Assembly: GCA_046758745.1 (NCBI GenBank)
Contig: JBHIAV010000038.1
Coordinates: 1-27,573 of the forward strand
Origin: Gemmatimonadota bacterium
GTDB taxonomy: Bacteria > Gemmatimonadota > Gemmatimonadetes > Palauibacterales > Palauibacteraceae
Direction: 5' to 3'
DNA length: 27,573 nt
In this document: in pieces, positions 15,803 through 24,738 of the stretch
Layout of the letters: each line of letters opens with the position of its first letter
Numbering within the stretch: the stretch's first letter is position 1
Notes under the pieces: generated by a model
Told to the model about the DNA's origin: nothing
The model's input: only the letters and a program-made list of their open reading frames with translations
Databases searched by the model: none
Program-made: the position numbers and the translations under genes

Positions 15803-17542
15803 TCAAGGGGTCGGCGTCGCTCCCACCGGCCGCCGACTCCGCAACAGCCCGACGAGGCCGACAAGGCCGACGGCCAGGGCGAGTACGGCGCCGCGCCACT
15901 CGAGCAGCGTAGCACCGCCCACGGCGAAGAGGCCGCCGAAGAGCAGCAGGACGGCCCACACCGTGCGGGTCATGTCTCTCCTCAGGCCGGTGACCGGCGC
16001 AATACCGAGGCGCCGCCGGATCCGCGCCCACCCCGGCCCGCCCGGGCGAACGCGTCGGTAGAATGCCTCCAGGACTTCGTCGTCCTCCGGTCGGGTGAGG
16101 ATCATCACCGGCACCCAGATGAGGGCCGTTCCACCCGCCGTCACCGCGAGCCGGAGTCCGAACCCCATCCCGCCCCACGCCGGAAGATACGAGAGGAGCG
16201 CGATGGCGAAACCGCCGAGCATGCTGGCCAGCTCCGTCCATGCATTCACGCGCCACCAGAACCAGCGGAGTATGAGCACCGCGCCGGGACCGGTGCCGAT
16301 CGCGATCATGAAGCGGAAGACCGTCCCGATGTCATTCGCATAGAAGGCGGCGACGCCGGCCAGCGCGACGATCACCACCGAACCGACTCGCCCCAGCGCC
16401 ACCAGCCGCGCCGGTGCGGCGCCGGGTGCGACGAAGCGTGCGTACAGGTCGTTGACCAGATAGCTCGCCCCCCAGTTGATCTGGGTCGAGACGGTGGACA
16501 TGAACGCGGCCAGGAAGGAGGCGACGACGAGCCCAAGCAGGCCGGCAGGCAGGTACTCGAGCATGAGGAGCGGGTACCCGAGCTCGGGATCCGCGAGCCC
16601 CGGGAAGATGACGAGGGCGGCGAGCGCGGCGAGGATCCAGGGCCACACGCGAACGACGTAGTGGAGGAGATTGAAGAGCCACGCCGCCCGCTCGGCCTCC
16701 CCCTCGTCCCGGCAGGCCGACATGCGCTGCACGAACTCGCCGCCTCCGTCGGAGCGTCGGAACGCCCACCACTGGATGCCGAGGTAGGCGAGGAAGGTCC
16801 CCATGGGGAGGTCGGGCGTGCCTGGACGCGGGACGAAGTGCAGTACGTGGCCGCGCCCCGCGGCGACGAGCTGGCGTTTCAGCTCGGCGATGCCGCCGAT
16901 GTCGGCCACCGCGAAGCCGGCGACCAGCAGGGCACCGGTCAGGGCGAGGACGAACTGGAAGAAGTCGGTAGCGACCACCCCCCACAGCCCCGAGATACCC
17001 GCATACAGGAGGACGAAGACGCTCAGCCCGACCACGATCCACAGGCGCACGTCACCGGGTAGCGCCGCCGGCAGGTCGCCGAACAGCCCCAGCGCCTCGA
17101 TCACCTTTCGCATGGCGAGCATCACGTAGCCGATCGCGATGCAGTTGATCGGTACGGCGAAGAGGAAGGCGCGGCTGCCACGGAGGAGCGCCGCCGGCCG
17201 GCCGCCGTAGCGGAGCTCGGTGAGCTCCACGTCGGTCACCACCTCGGCGCGGCGCCACAGTCTGGAGAAGACGTAGATGAGGAGGACGTGCGACAGCGCG
17301 AAGGCCCACCACTCCCAGTTGCCGGCGATCCCCCGCCGGGCGACGAGCCCGGTGACGTAGAGGGGAGTGTCGACGGAAAAGGTCGTCGCGGCCATCGAGG
17401 TGCCGGCCAGCCACCACGGGAGAGAGCGGCCGCTGACGAAGAAGTCGACCAGGCTCCCGCTCGCCCGTCGTGCGAGCCACAGGCCGACCCCGAGGGTGCC
17501 GGCCAGGTATAGTGAAATGATCCACCAGTCGATCGGGCGCAG
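15803..17542 (-). CDS. Sodium:solute symporter (SSS) family transporter
   Basis: DFFVSGRSLPWWLAGTSMAATTFS, ELRYGG, GLWGVVATD, VQRM, AAFMSTVSTQINWG; many TM helices. Family-like sequence extends 49 codons upstream of ORF-track start 17395 to a CTG at 17542. Confidence 0.9.
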   Translation of the reverse strand: MRPIDWWIISLYLAGTLGVGLWLARRASGSLVDFFVSGRSLPWWLAGTSMAATTFSVDTPLYVTGLVARRGIAGNWEWWAFALSHVLLIYVFSRLWRRAEVVTDVELTELRYGGRPAALLRGSRAFLFAVPINCIAIGYVMLAMRKVIEALGLFGDLPAALPGDVRLWIVVGLSVFVLLYAGISGLWGVVATDFFQFVLALTGALLVAGFAVADIGGIAELKRQLVAAGRGHVLHFVPRPGTPDLPMGTFLAYLGIQWWAFRRSDGGGEFVQRMSACRDEGEAERAAWLFNLLHYVVRVWPWILAALAALVIFPGLADPELGYPLLMLEYLPAGLLGLVVASFLAAFMSTVSTQINWGASYLVNDLYARFVAPGAAPARLVALGRVGSVVIVALAGVAAFYANDIGTVFRFMIAIGTGPGAVLILRWFWWRVNAWTELASMLGGFAIALLSYLPAWGGMGFGLRLAVTAGGTALIWVPVMILTRPEDDEVLEAFYRRVRPGGPGWARIRRRLGIAPVTGLRRDMTRTVWAVLLLFGGLFAVGGATLLEWRGAVLALAVGLVGLVGLLRSRRPVGATPTP

Positions 17543-17573
17543 CGAGACCCCCTCCCCTCTCCCGCGCGCTGAG

Positions 17574-19268
17574 CTAGGCTTCCCAGCGGCCGCGCTGGGT
17601 CCCCCGGGCCGGCGGCCCGCCCGGCGCGTCCGGGGTCTTCCCGCCTCCGCTCAGGCCGCGTGCATCCGGGACGGAGCCACGAACGCGATCGTCGAGCCAC
17701 CGGGCTGCCGCGCGCTCGATCGTCTCCTCGGCGCCCCACGCGCACGCGCCGGGCCACTCGAGCCCTTCGAGGATACGCCGGTGGCCGAAGACGATCGGGA
17801 AGACGCGACGGGCAGCCGCGCGTGGTTCGCCCGGCGCGCGTCCCTCCTCCCACACGCCGGCCGCCCCGCTCGCCACCCCCCTCGCCACCGCGGCCCGACC
17901 ATCGGGCGTGAGGTCCGCCGTCCCCTTCCACGCCTGCGGCGTGGCCGCGATCAGCACAACGACCTGAGCGGGGGGTGCACCGTCCTCCTCCTCCGACAGC
18001 GGCGCCCACCCGCGAGCCCGGAGCTCCGCCGCGAAAGTCGCTCCGAACGGCGCGCGCCCCGGAGCCTCGCGATCGTCCCGCACGCACACGAGCCGCACCG
18101 GATCGCTCGGATCGAGCACGACCGCGGGATCGCCGATCGCCACGATCGTCTCCTCCGCGAGGCGAAGCGCCTCCTCCTCGCCCTCCGTATCAGGCGCTCC
18201 CGCTCGACCCGCATCCCCGAACCGGCCGAGGAGCGCGGCGCTCCGGGTCAAGGACTCCTCCAGGCGCCGCGCGAGCTCGGGCGACCGCTCCACGGCCCGC
18301 TCCAGCTCCCGGATCGCCTGCTCGAGATCGGGGGGGTAGAGGAGGAGATCGCAGCCCGCGAGGAGAGCCGCCGCCGCGAGACCGCCGTCCGGCCCGTCGT
18401 CCAGCGCGGCGGGGCGACGGCCCGACCGGCCCGAGCCCGACGAGACGCTCCCTCCCGCACCCCCGGTCTCCGAAGCCGGTCCAGCGCGCCCTCCGCGCAG
18501 CAGCCCCTCCATGTTCATCGCATCGCTGACGACCAGCCCCTGGAAGCCGAGCTCCTCCCGCAGAAGACCACGGATCACGGAGGGCTCGAGCGTGGCGGGG
18601 CCGCGCGCCCCGAGGGCGGGGTAAGCGACGTGCGCCGTCATGACCGTCGCCACTCTCGGCGCTACTTCGCGGAACGGGAGGAGGTCTTTCTCGAGACCCT
18701 CCCACCCCTCCTCGACCGTCGGCAGCCCGGCGTGGGAGTCCACCACCGTGCGACCGTGACCCGGAAAGTGCTTCGCGCAGGCCGCCACCCCCTCCGCCTG
18801 GCAGGCCTCGATCCACGCGCTCCCGAGCCTCGCCACCGTCATCGGATCGGCGCTGAAGCTTCGCGAGCCGACGATCGGGTTCCTCGGCTCGACGTCCAGG
18901 TCGAGGACCGGAGCGAGCGCCCAGTTGATGCCGAGCGCCAGCGCATCGCGAGCGGTCCGGCGGGCGGCCCGCCGAGCCGCTCGCTCAGGGTCCGGGTGCG
19001 CGGCGAGACCGCCAGGCGGCGGGAGGGCCGGCAGACCGCGGAACTGCTGGCCCGCGCCACGCTCGAGGTCGGCCGCCATCCACAGCGGCCGCCCCGCGAT
19101 CCGGCGAAGCTCCTCGGAGAGACGTGCCACGTCCGCGGCATCTCCGCCGAAGAGGAGAAAGCCGCCGACCCCGAGGGAGAGGGCGCGCTCCGCGCCTCTC
19201 CGCACCTCCTCCAGCGGCGACCGGTCGAGCCGCAGCGCTTCTACGAAGAGGTGGCCGCACTCCCGCAT
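17574..19268 (-). CDS. nagZ: Glycoside hydrolase family 3 beta-N-acetylhexosaminidase (NagZ-like)
   Basis: ADLERG, GINWALAPVLD, NPIVGSRSFS, KHFPGHG-x4-DSH (NagZ signature), VMTAH, VSDAMNM. ATG overlaps the anmK stop (TGATG). Confidence 0.85.
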   Translation of the reverse strand: MRECGHLFVEALRLDRSPLEEVRRGAERALSLGVGGFLLFGGDAADVARLSEELRRIAGRPLWMAADLERGAGQQFRGLPALPPPGGLAAHPDPERAARRAARRTARDALALGINWALAPVLDLDVEPRNPIVGSRSFSADPMTVARLGSAWIEACQAEGVAACAKHFPGHGRTVVDSHAGLPTVEEGWEGLEKDLLPFREVAPRVATVMTAHVAYPALGARGPATLEPSVIRGLLREELGFQGLVVSDAMNMEGLLRGGRAGPASETGGAGGSVSSGSGRSGRRPAALDDGPDGGLAAAALLAGCDLLLYPPDLEQAIRELERAVERSPELARRLEESLTRSAALLGRFGDAGRAGAPDTEGEEEALRLAEETIVAIGDPAVVLDPSDPVRLVCVRDDREAPGRAPFGATFAAELRARGWAPLSEEEDGAPPAQVVVLIAATPQAWKGTADLTPDGRAAVARGVASGAAGVWEEGRAPGEPRAAARRVFPIVFGHRRILEGLEWPGACAWGAEETIERAAARWLDDRVRGSVPDARGLSGGGKTPDAPGGPPARGTQRGRWEA

Positions 19269-20413
19269 CACGCCGGCACGCGCTTGCCGAGGATCCGGGC
19301 CCCGCGGGCGCCCGTGGCCCACTCCGGGCTCGCCGCGAAGCCCAGGAGATGCTGGCGGGCGAGGAGGGCGAAGGCGGCGGCCTCGCGCGCATCGCCCTCC
19401 CACCCGAGCGCGGCAAGGTCGGCCAACGGCGTCGGGGCGAGCCGCTCGGCGAGGCGCCGACGCAGCTCGGCGTTGCGGGCGCCGCCCCCGCACAGGTACA
19501 CCTCCTCCACCTCGAAGCCGATCCACCGGTAGCTGCCGGCGATCGAGCGCGCCGTGACCTCGGTGAGCGTCGACACCAGATCTTCCGGACGGGCCTCCCG
19601 GTGCCGCGCCATCCAACGTTCGAGCGGCGCGGAACCGAAACGCTCCCGTCCCGTACTCCGAGGCGGCGGCTCGGAGAAGAAGGGATCGGCGAGCCACTCC
19701 TCCACGGCCCGCTCGAGCACCTGCCCGTGCGCCGCCATCTCTCCGTCGCGATCGTACGCCACCTCGCCGCCGGTGAGCCGCCGCACGGCGCCGTCGATGA
19801 GCGCCACCCCGGGTCCGGTATCGAAGGCGACCGGCGGTCGCCCCTCCCCGACCCTCGGAAGCGCGGTCACGTTCGCCATCCCCCCGATGTTCTGGATGGC
19901 GCGCGTCGCCCGCCGCGAGGAGAGGAGCAGCCGATCGAAGTAGGGAGTGAGGGGGGCGCCGTGCCCGCCGGCCGCCATATCGCGCACCCGGAAGTCGGCG
20001 ACCACCGTGATGCCCGTCCGCTCCGCGATGACGGCCGGTTCTCCGATCTGGAGCGTGCTGCCCGGCCTCCCGCCGGCCGGTGGCCGGTGCCGCACCGTCT
20101 GGCCGTGGCTGCCGATCGCGGCGACCTGGCCGGGCGTGATCCCCGACGCCGCGAGGGTGGCGAGCACCGCGTCGGCGAAGCGCGTCCCGAGCGTGAAGTC
20201 CAGCTCGCACAGCTCGTCCGCCGTGGTCGACTCACCTCCGTCGCACGCGCGCCGGAGAGCCTCGCGGAAGGCGGCGTCGTACGGGTGCGCCTGGAAGGCC
20301 GCGAGCGCGGCCGGCTCCGGCCTCTCGCCTCGGCCGCCCATCTCCACCACAGCGACGTCGATCCCGTCCAGCGAGGTGCCGGACATGACGCCGACGTACA
20401 GCTCCCCCTTCAG
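19268..20413 (-). CDS. anmK: Anhydro-N-acetylmuramic acid kinase
   Basis: VGVMSGTSLDGID, IGSHGQTVRH, DFRVRDMAAGGHGAPL, NIGGMAN, FDTGPG, RSTGRERF, CGGGARN, REAAAFA. Probable CTG start overlapping the murQ TGA. Confidence 0.95.
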   Translation of the reverse strand: MKGELYVGVMSGTSLDGIDVAVVEMGGRGERPEPAALAAFQAHPYDAAFREALRRACDGGESTTADELCELDFTLGTRFADAVLATLAASGITPGQVAAIGSHGQTVRHRPPAGGRPGSTLQIGEPAVIAERTGITVVADFRVRDMAAGGHGAPLTPYFDRLLLSSRRATRAIQNIGGMANVTALPRVGEGRPPVAFDTGPGVALIDGAVRRLTGGEVAYDRDGEMAAHGQVLERAVEEWLADPFFSEPPPRSTGRERFGSAPLERWMARHREARPEDLVSTLTEVTARSIAGSYRWIGFEVEEVYLCGGGARNAELRRRLAERLAPTPLADLAALGWEGDAREAAAFALLARQHLLGFAASPEWATGARGARILGKRVPA

Positions 20414-22038
20414 GACCCGGCCTCCGGCGTCGAGGGAGCGGCCTCCGGCGTCGAGGGAGCGGCGTCCGGCCTCGAGCGGTCCGCCTCCGGCGTCGAGCGG
20501 GCGGCGCCCGCTTCGAGGAGGGCGGGGTGCACGCGCTCGCATATGCGGATGGCGTGCGCGTCGTCGTGCTGCGCGACGCCTTGCAGGAACTGAAACGCCG
20601 TGAGCTCCTCTCCGCCGAGCGCGGCGCGGCGCCTGAAGAACGCCGCCTCGGCGGCCTCGAGCATCGAGAGGGTCTCGGCCCGTTCGGCCTCGAAGCGGTC
20701 GAGGAGCGGGCGCGGCTCGAGCTCTTCGAGCGGCGGGTCGGGGGAGGGCTCCCAATCGGAGAGGCATGGGTGCTCCTCCACGGCGAACGCCCGCACCCGG
20801 AGCCGCACGGCCTCGGCCTCGAACTGAATGAGGTGGGCGAGGTGCTGCGACGTGGTCCAGCGGCCGGTTCGCCGCCCCGCCGCTTCGGCCTCTTCCACCG
20901 CCGATCGGAGCCGCGACGGGGCGTCGCGCATCCGATCGATCATCTCCTCGATCTGCCGCGGTCCTCCGACCTCCGGATACACGGAGTAGCACGAGGGACG
21001 CCCGGTCCCCGCGGGGCGGAAGCGCTCGAGGGCCCTCCCTAGCAATCCGTGGCACGCGTCGAGCGCGCTTTCGGCGAGGAACCGGTTCGCGCCCAGCTCA
21101 TGCATGGCGATCGCCGTCTTCACGGATCCGCCGGCCGCGACCAGCAGCCGCCGAGCTTCTTCCCTCCTCAACCCGCACACGGCATGGAGGATGCGGAGGC
21201 TCCGGTCGACCAGCTTGAGGCTGGTGGCCCGCAGGTCGACCATGAGGTTCTCGTACACCTTCCCGAGACGGATCATCACACCGGTGGTGAGCGCGTTCAG
21301 CACCAGCTTGGTCGCGGTGCCCGCTTTCATGCGGGTAGAGCCGGCGATGACCTCGGGGCCGACGAGCGGCGTGACGACGACGTCGGCCAGCTGGCGCATC
21401 CGCTCCGGCGGCTCGGTACAGCTGAGGAAGCCGATCGCGGCCTCGCGCGCCGCCGCCTCCTCGAGCGCCGCCCGCACATACGGAGTCGTCCCCGAGGTGG
21501 CGATCCCGAGCACGAAGTCCCGCCGGCCCACCTCCGCCTCCCGGATCGCGGCGCGCCCTCCCTCCCGATCATCCTCGTCGCCCTCCCGGCTGCGCACGAG
21601 CGCCGGTGGTCCGCCCGCGATGATTCCCTGCACCGTCCGCGGGTCCGTCCCGAAGGTGGGGGGACACTCGGCCGCGTCCAGCACCCCGAGACGCCCGCTC
21701 GTTCCGGCCCCGACGTAGATGAGCCGTCCGCCCCGCCGGAGTCGCGCCGCCACCTCGTCGATGAGCCGCGCGACGGGGTCGCTCTGGGCCTCGACGGCGG
21801 CGGGGACGGTGCGATCCTCGGCGAAGATGAGCCGCACGATCTCTCTCGAGTCGGCCAGGTCGATGTGCTTGGTGGAGGGGTTGCGCGTCTCGGTGAGCCG
21901 GGGATCTTCGAGGAGCCAGGGATCTTCGAGGTCGGACGCGCGGGCGCCACGAGTGTCGGAGGACCCGCCCGCTTCCGTTTGCTCGCCCCTGATGTCGCCG
22001 GTACATTCGGCGCCGGCTCCCACGGGTAGGTCTTTCAT
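20410..22038 (-). CDS. murQ: N-acetylmuramic acid 6-phosphate etherase fused to a C-terminal DinB-like domain
   Basis: TETRNP, GAGTSGRLGVLDAAECPPTFG, TSGTTPYV, GPEVIAGSTRMKAGTATKLVLN, NLMVDL; additional ~140 aa helical domain with WTTSQHLAHL and HDDAH. Confidence 0.93.
   Translation of the reverse strand: MKDLPVGAGAECTGDIRGEQTEAGGSSDTRGARASDLEDPWLLEDPRLTETRNPSTKHIDLADSREIVRLIFAEDRTVPAAVEAQSDPVARLIDEVAARLRRGGRLIYVGAGTSGRLGVLDAAECPPTFGTDPRTVQGIIAGGPPALVRSREGDEDDREGGRAAIREAEVGRRDFVLGIATSGTTPYVRAALEEAAAREAAIGFLSCTEPPERMRQLADVVVTPLVGPEVIAGSTRMKAGTATKLVLNALTTGVMIRLGKVYENLMVDLRATSLKLVDRSLRILHAVCGLRREEARRLLVAAGGSVKTAIAMHELGANRFLAESALDACHGLLGRALERFRPAGTGRPSCYSVYPEVGGPRQIEEMIDRMRDAPSRLRSAVEEAEAAGRRTGRWTTSQHLAHLIQFEAEAVRLRVRAFAVEEHPCLSDWEPSPDPPLEELEPRPLLDRFEAERAETLSMLEAAEAAFFRRRAALGGEELTAFQFLQGVAQHDDAHAIRICERVHPALLEAGAARSTPEADRSRPDAAPSTPEAAPSTPEAGS
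20419..20502. repeat. Four tandem 21-bp repeats at the murQ 3' end
   Basis: GGCCTCCGGCGTCGAGGGAGC twice identical (20419-20460) plus two degenerate copies; encodes repeats of the APSTPEA type. Confidence 0.85.
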
Positions 22039-22082
22039 GGAACGCTCAAGTTAATGGCGCCTTCGAGGGGCCGACAGATGCC

Positions 22083-22784
22083 GTGAGACCTGCCACCGCC
22101 GAGACGCCTCCGACGAACTCCCGTCGCACACGCGCCCTTCTCCGGATCGCGCGCCACCTCGAGTCGGTCTACGGAACGCGGCGTAAGCCGAGGCGCGAGC
22201 CGCTCGACGAGCTGATCCACACCATCCTCAGCCAGAGCACCGCGGACGCAAACCGCGACCGCGCCTGGAAGGCGCTCCGCGAGCGATACCCGGATTGGGA
22301 GGCGGTGCGAGGCGCCTCCGTCGAGGAGATCGAGGAGACGATCCGCATCGCAGGCCTCGCCGGCCAGAAGTCCCGCACGATCAGGGGGATGCTGGAGCGG
22401 CTGCACGAGGAGCGCGGCGCGGCGACGCTCGACCATCTACGGGAGATGCACCCGGAGAAGGCGCTCTCGTACCTCTGCGGCTTCCGGGGCGTCGGGGTGA
22501 AGACCGCGGCCTGCGTGCTCTGCTTCTCGCTCGGCCAGCCGATCATGCCGGTGGACACACACGTCCATCGTCTCGCGGTCCGGCTGGGTTGGGTTCCGGC
22601 GGGAGCGAGCGCCGCGCGCGCACACCGCTCGCTCAACGAGCTCGTACCGCCTCGGCTGCGCTACTCTCTCCACGTGCAGCTCATCGAGCACGGTCGCCGG
22701 GTGTGCACGGCCCGGCGTCCGGCGTGCGGGGGCTGCCCTCTCGCTGCGGCCTGTCCAAGGATCGGGGTGGAAGACCCACGATGA
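22083..22784 (+). CDS. nth: Endonuclease III family HhH-GPD DNA glycosylase
   Basis: ILSQST, GVGVKTAACVL, MPVDTHVHR and FeS motif CTARRPACGGCPLAAAC. Confidence 0.88.
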   Translation: MRPATAETPPTNSRRTRALLRIARHLESVYGTRRKPRREPLDELIHTILSQSTADANRDRAWKALRERYPDWEAVRGASVEEIEETIRIAGLAGQKSRTIRGMLERLHEERGAATLDHLREMHPEKALSYLCGFRGVGVKTAACVLCFSLGQPIMPVDTHVHRLAVRLGWVPAGASAARAHRSLNELVPPRLRYSLHVQLIEHGRRVCTARRPACGGCPLAAACPRIGVEDPR

Positions 22785-24607
22785 GCGAGGATAGGGGGGA
22801 CCCGCCTGCGGCCCCATCGGCGCGGCCGCGGCGGGCGGCGGGCGGCCTCGGGATCCGGGCCTCCCGGGGCGCTCTCCTCTGCCTGGCGCTTCTCACGGCC
22901 TGCGCCCCCAAGTGGGACGGGGAGACGGCCGCAGCGGCCGGGTCTGCCTGGCAGACCCCTCGCTTCCCGGCCGGGTGGCGCTACGGGCCCGACGACGCGC
23001 CGGCGGCGAGCGGCCGCGGGATGGTCGTAACGACCGACTCGCTGGCGAGCGCCGCCGGACTGGAGATCCTGCTCGCCGGCGGGAATGCCGTCGATGCCGC
23101 GATCGCTGTCCAGTTCGCCCTCGCCGTGGTGAACCCGGAGGCCGGCAACATCGGGGGGGGCGGCTTCCTGGTGGTGCGGCTGGCCGATGACACCCGCGCG
23201 GCGCTCGACTTCCGCGAGCAGGCCCCCCTCGGGGCCACGCCCGACATGTTCCTGGACGAGAACGGCGAGGTGACGGAGGCGAGCTGGACGGGTCACCTCG
23301 CGGCCGGGGTGCCCGGATCGGTGGCGGGCATGGCGGAGGCCCATCGCCGGTTCGGCAGCCTCCCCTGGGCCCGCCTGCTGGAGCCGGCGGTCCGGCTCGC
23401 CCGGGACGGGTTCGTGATCGCCGGTCAGCACCACCGCTCCATCCGCAGGGAGTCGCAGCGGCTCTCGCGCTACCCGGCCAGCGCCGCCGTCTTCCTACCG
23501 GGCGGGGAGGCTCCGCCCATCGGGTCGCGGTTCCGCCAGCCGGACCTCGCCCGCACGCTGCATGCGATCGCGGAGGAAGGCGCCTCCGTCTTCTACACGG
23601 GGTGGATCGCCGACTCGATCGCGGCGGAGATGAGGCGGGGTGGCGGCCTCGTCGACCGGGAGAGCCTGGCCGCGTACCGCGCGGTGTGGCGAGAGCCCAT
23701 CCAGGTGGAGTACCGGGGGTACGAGATCCTCTCCGTGCCGCCCCCGTCGTCCGGCGGGGTCACGCTCGGCGAGTTGCTCAACATCGTCGAAGGATACGAC
23801 CTCGGAGCACTCGGCTGGCACTCGGCCGAGGCGATTCACGTCGCCGCGGAGGCGATGCGGCGAGCGTACGGCGACCGGAACTACTACCTGGGCGACCCGG
23901 ACTTCGTCGACATGCCTCTCGCCCGACTTCTAAGTCAGGCGTACGCCGACTCGCTCGCCGCCTCCATCGACCCGGGACACGCCTCGCCCTCGAGCGCTTT
24001 CAACAAGGTGCCCACCGAGTCGACTCAGACGACCCACTTCTCGGTCATCGACTCGGCGGGCAACGCGGTCGCCGTCACCACCACCCTGAACGGCGGCTTT
24101 GGATCGGCCGTCGTGGTGCGCGGAGCCGGGTTCGTCCTGAACAACGAGATGGACGACCTGACGGCGAAGCCGGGCGTCCCGAACGCGTACGGCCTCGTAC
24201 AGGGGGAGGCGAATGCCATCCGTCCGGGCAAGCGCCCGCTATCGGCGATGACCCCGACGATCGTGATCGCGCCGGACGGCCGCACCGAGCTCATCACCGG
24301 GACGCCGGGAGGCTCGACGATCATCACCACCGTCTTCCAGATCATCACCAACCACATCGATTTCCGGCTGCCCGTGCAGACGTCCGTCAACGCGCCGCGC
24401 TTCCATCACCAGAACCTCCCGGACCAGATCTACTACGAGCGCGGCGGGCTGGACTCGGGTACCGTCGGCGAGCTGGAGAGCCGAGGCCACAGGGTGGTGG
24501 AGCGCAGCGGCGTCTCGGGCGACGTGCAGTCGATCTACATCGCCCCGGACGGGACGCGCTACGGGGCCGCCGACCACCGGCGCGATAGCAAGGCGCTGGG
24601 CTACTGA
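22781..24607 (+). CDS. ggt: Gamma-glutamyltransferase, probable lipoprotein
   Basis: GGNAVDAA, AGNIGGGGF, DFREQAP, GVPGSVAG, PPPSSGG, autocleavage TTHFS, LNNEMDD, KRPLSAMTP, GTPGGSTI; ATGA overlap with nth; lipobox LTAC. Confidence 0.95.
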   Translation: MSEDRGDPPAAPSARPRRAAGGLGIRASRGALLCLALLTACAPKWDGETAAAAGSAWQTPRFPAGWRYGPDDAPAASGRGMVVTTDSLASAAGLEILLAGGNAVDAAIAVQFALAVVNPEAGNIGGGGFLVVRLADDTRAALDFREQAPLGATPDMFLDENGEVTEASWTGHLAAGVPGSVAGMAEAHRRFGSLPWARLLEPAVRLARDGFVIAGQHHRSIRRESQRLSRYPASAAVFLPGGEAPPIGSRFRQPDLARTLHAIAEEGASVFYTGWIADSIAAEMRRGGGLVDRESLAAYRAVWREPIQVEYRGYEILSVPPPSSGGVTLGELLNIVEGYDLGALGWHSAEAIHVAAEAMRRAYGDRNYYLGDPDFVDMPLARLLSQAYADSLAASIDPGHASPSSAFNKVPTESTQTTHFSVIDSAGNAVAVTTTLNGGFGSAVVVRGAGFVLNNEMDDLTAKPGVPNAYGLVQGEANAIRPGKRPLSAMTPTIVIAPDGRTELITGTPGGSTIITTVFQIITNHIDFRLPVQTSVNAPRFHHQNLPDQIYYERGGLDSGTVGELESRGHRVVERSGVSGDVQSIYIAPDGTRYGAADHRRDSKALGY

Positions 24608-24632
24608 GGGAGCCGGCACTTCCGAAGCTGAA

Positions 24633-24662
24633 GGCGGCCGGTCCCACCGGAGACCGGCCGCC
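24633..24662. terminator. GC hairpin between convergent genes, candidate terminator
   Basis: 11-bp stem GGCGGCCGGTC / GACCGGCCGCC, 25 nt after the ggt stop; no U-tract. Confidence 0.5.
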
Positions 24663-24738
24663 CTGTCCGAGCCATCAGGTACCCCGCCCCGCTGCGTGCT
24701 GCGGAGCCGGGCGACGAAGCGACGGCCGAGACGGCGCT

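Noticed and set aside
20419-20502. CRISPR-like array
   Set aside because: Units are directly adjacent without unique spacers, lie inside a CDS, and no cas genes are present.
14302-21042. Long plus-strand ORFs opposite the recycling operon (e.g. 14302-15912, 15356-17062, 17367-19532, 19124-20593)
   Set aside because: Arg/Pro/Ala-rich, motif-free and fully overlapping well-supported minus-strand genes.
21895-21930. 18-bp tandem duplication at the murQ N-terminus (LEDPWL/LEDPRL)
   Set aside because: Real but only two copies in a non-conserved leader; no function inferable.
19269-22780. ORF-track N-terminal extensions of nagZ (to 20210), anmK (to 21055) and ggt (from 22295)
   Set aside because: They overlap neighbouring real genes in other frames; coupled starts at 19268, 20413 and 22781 fit better.
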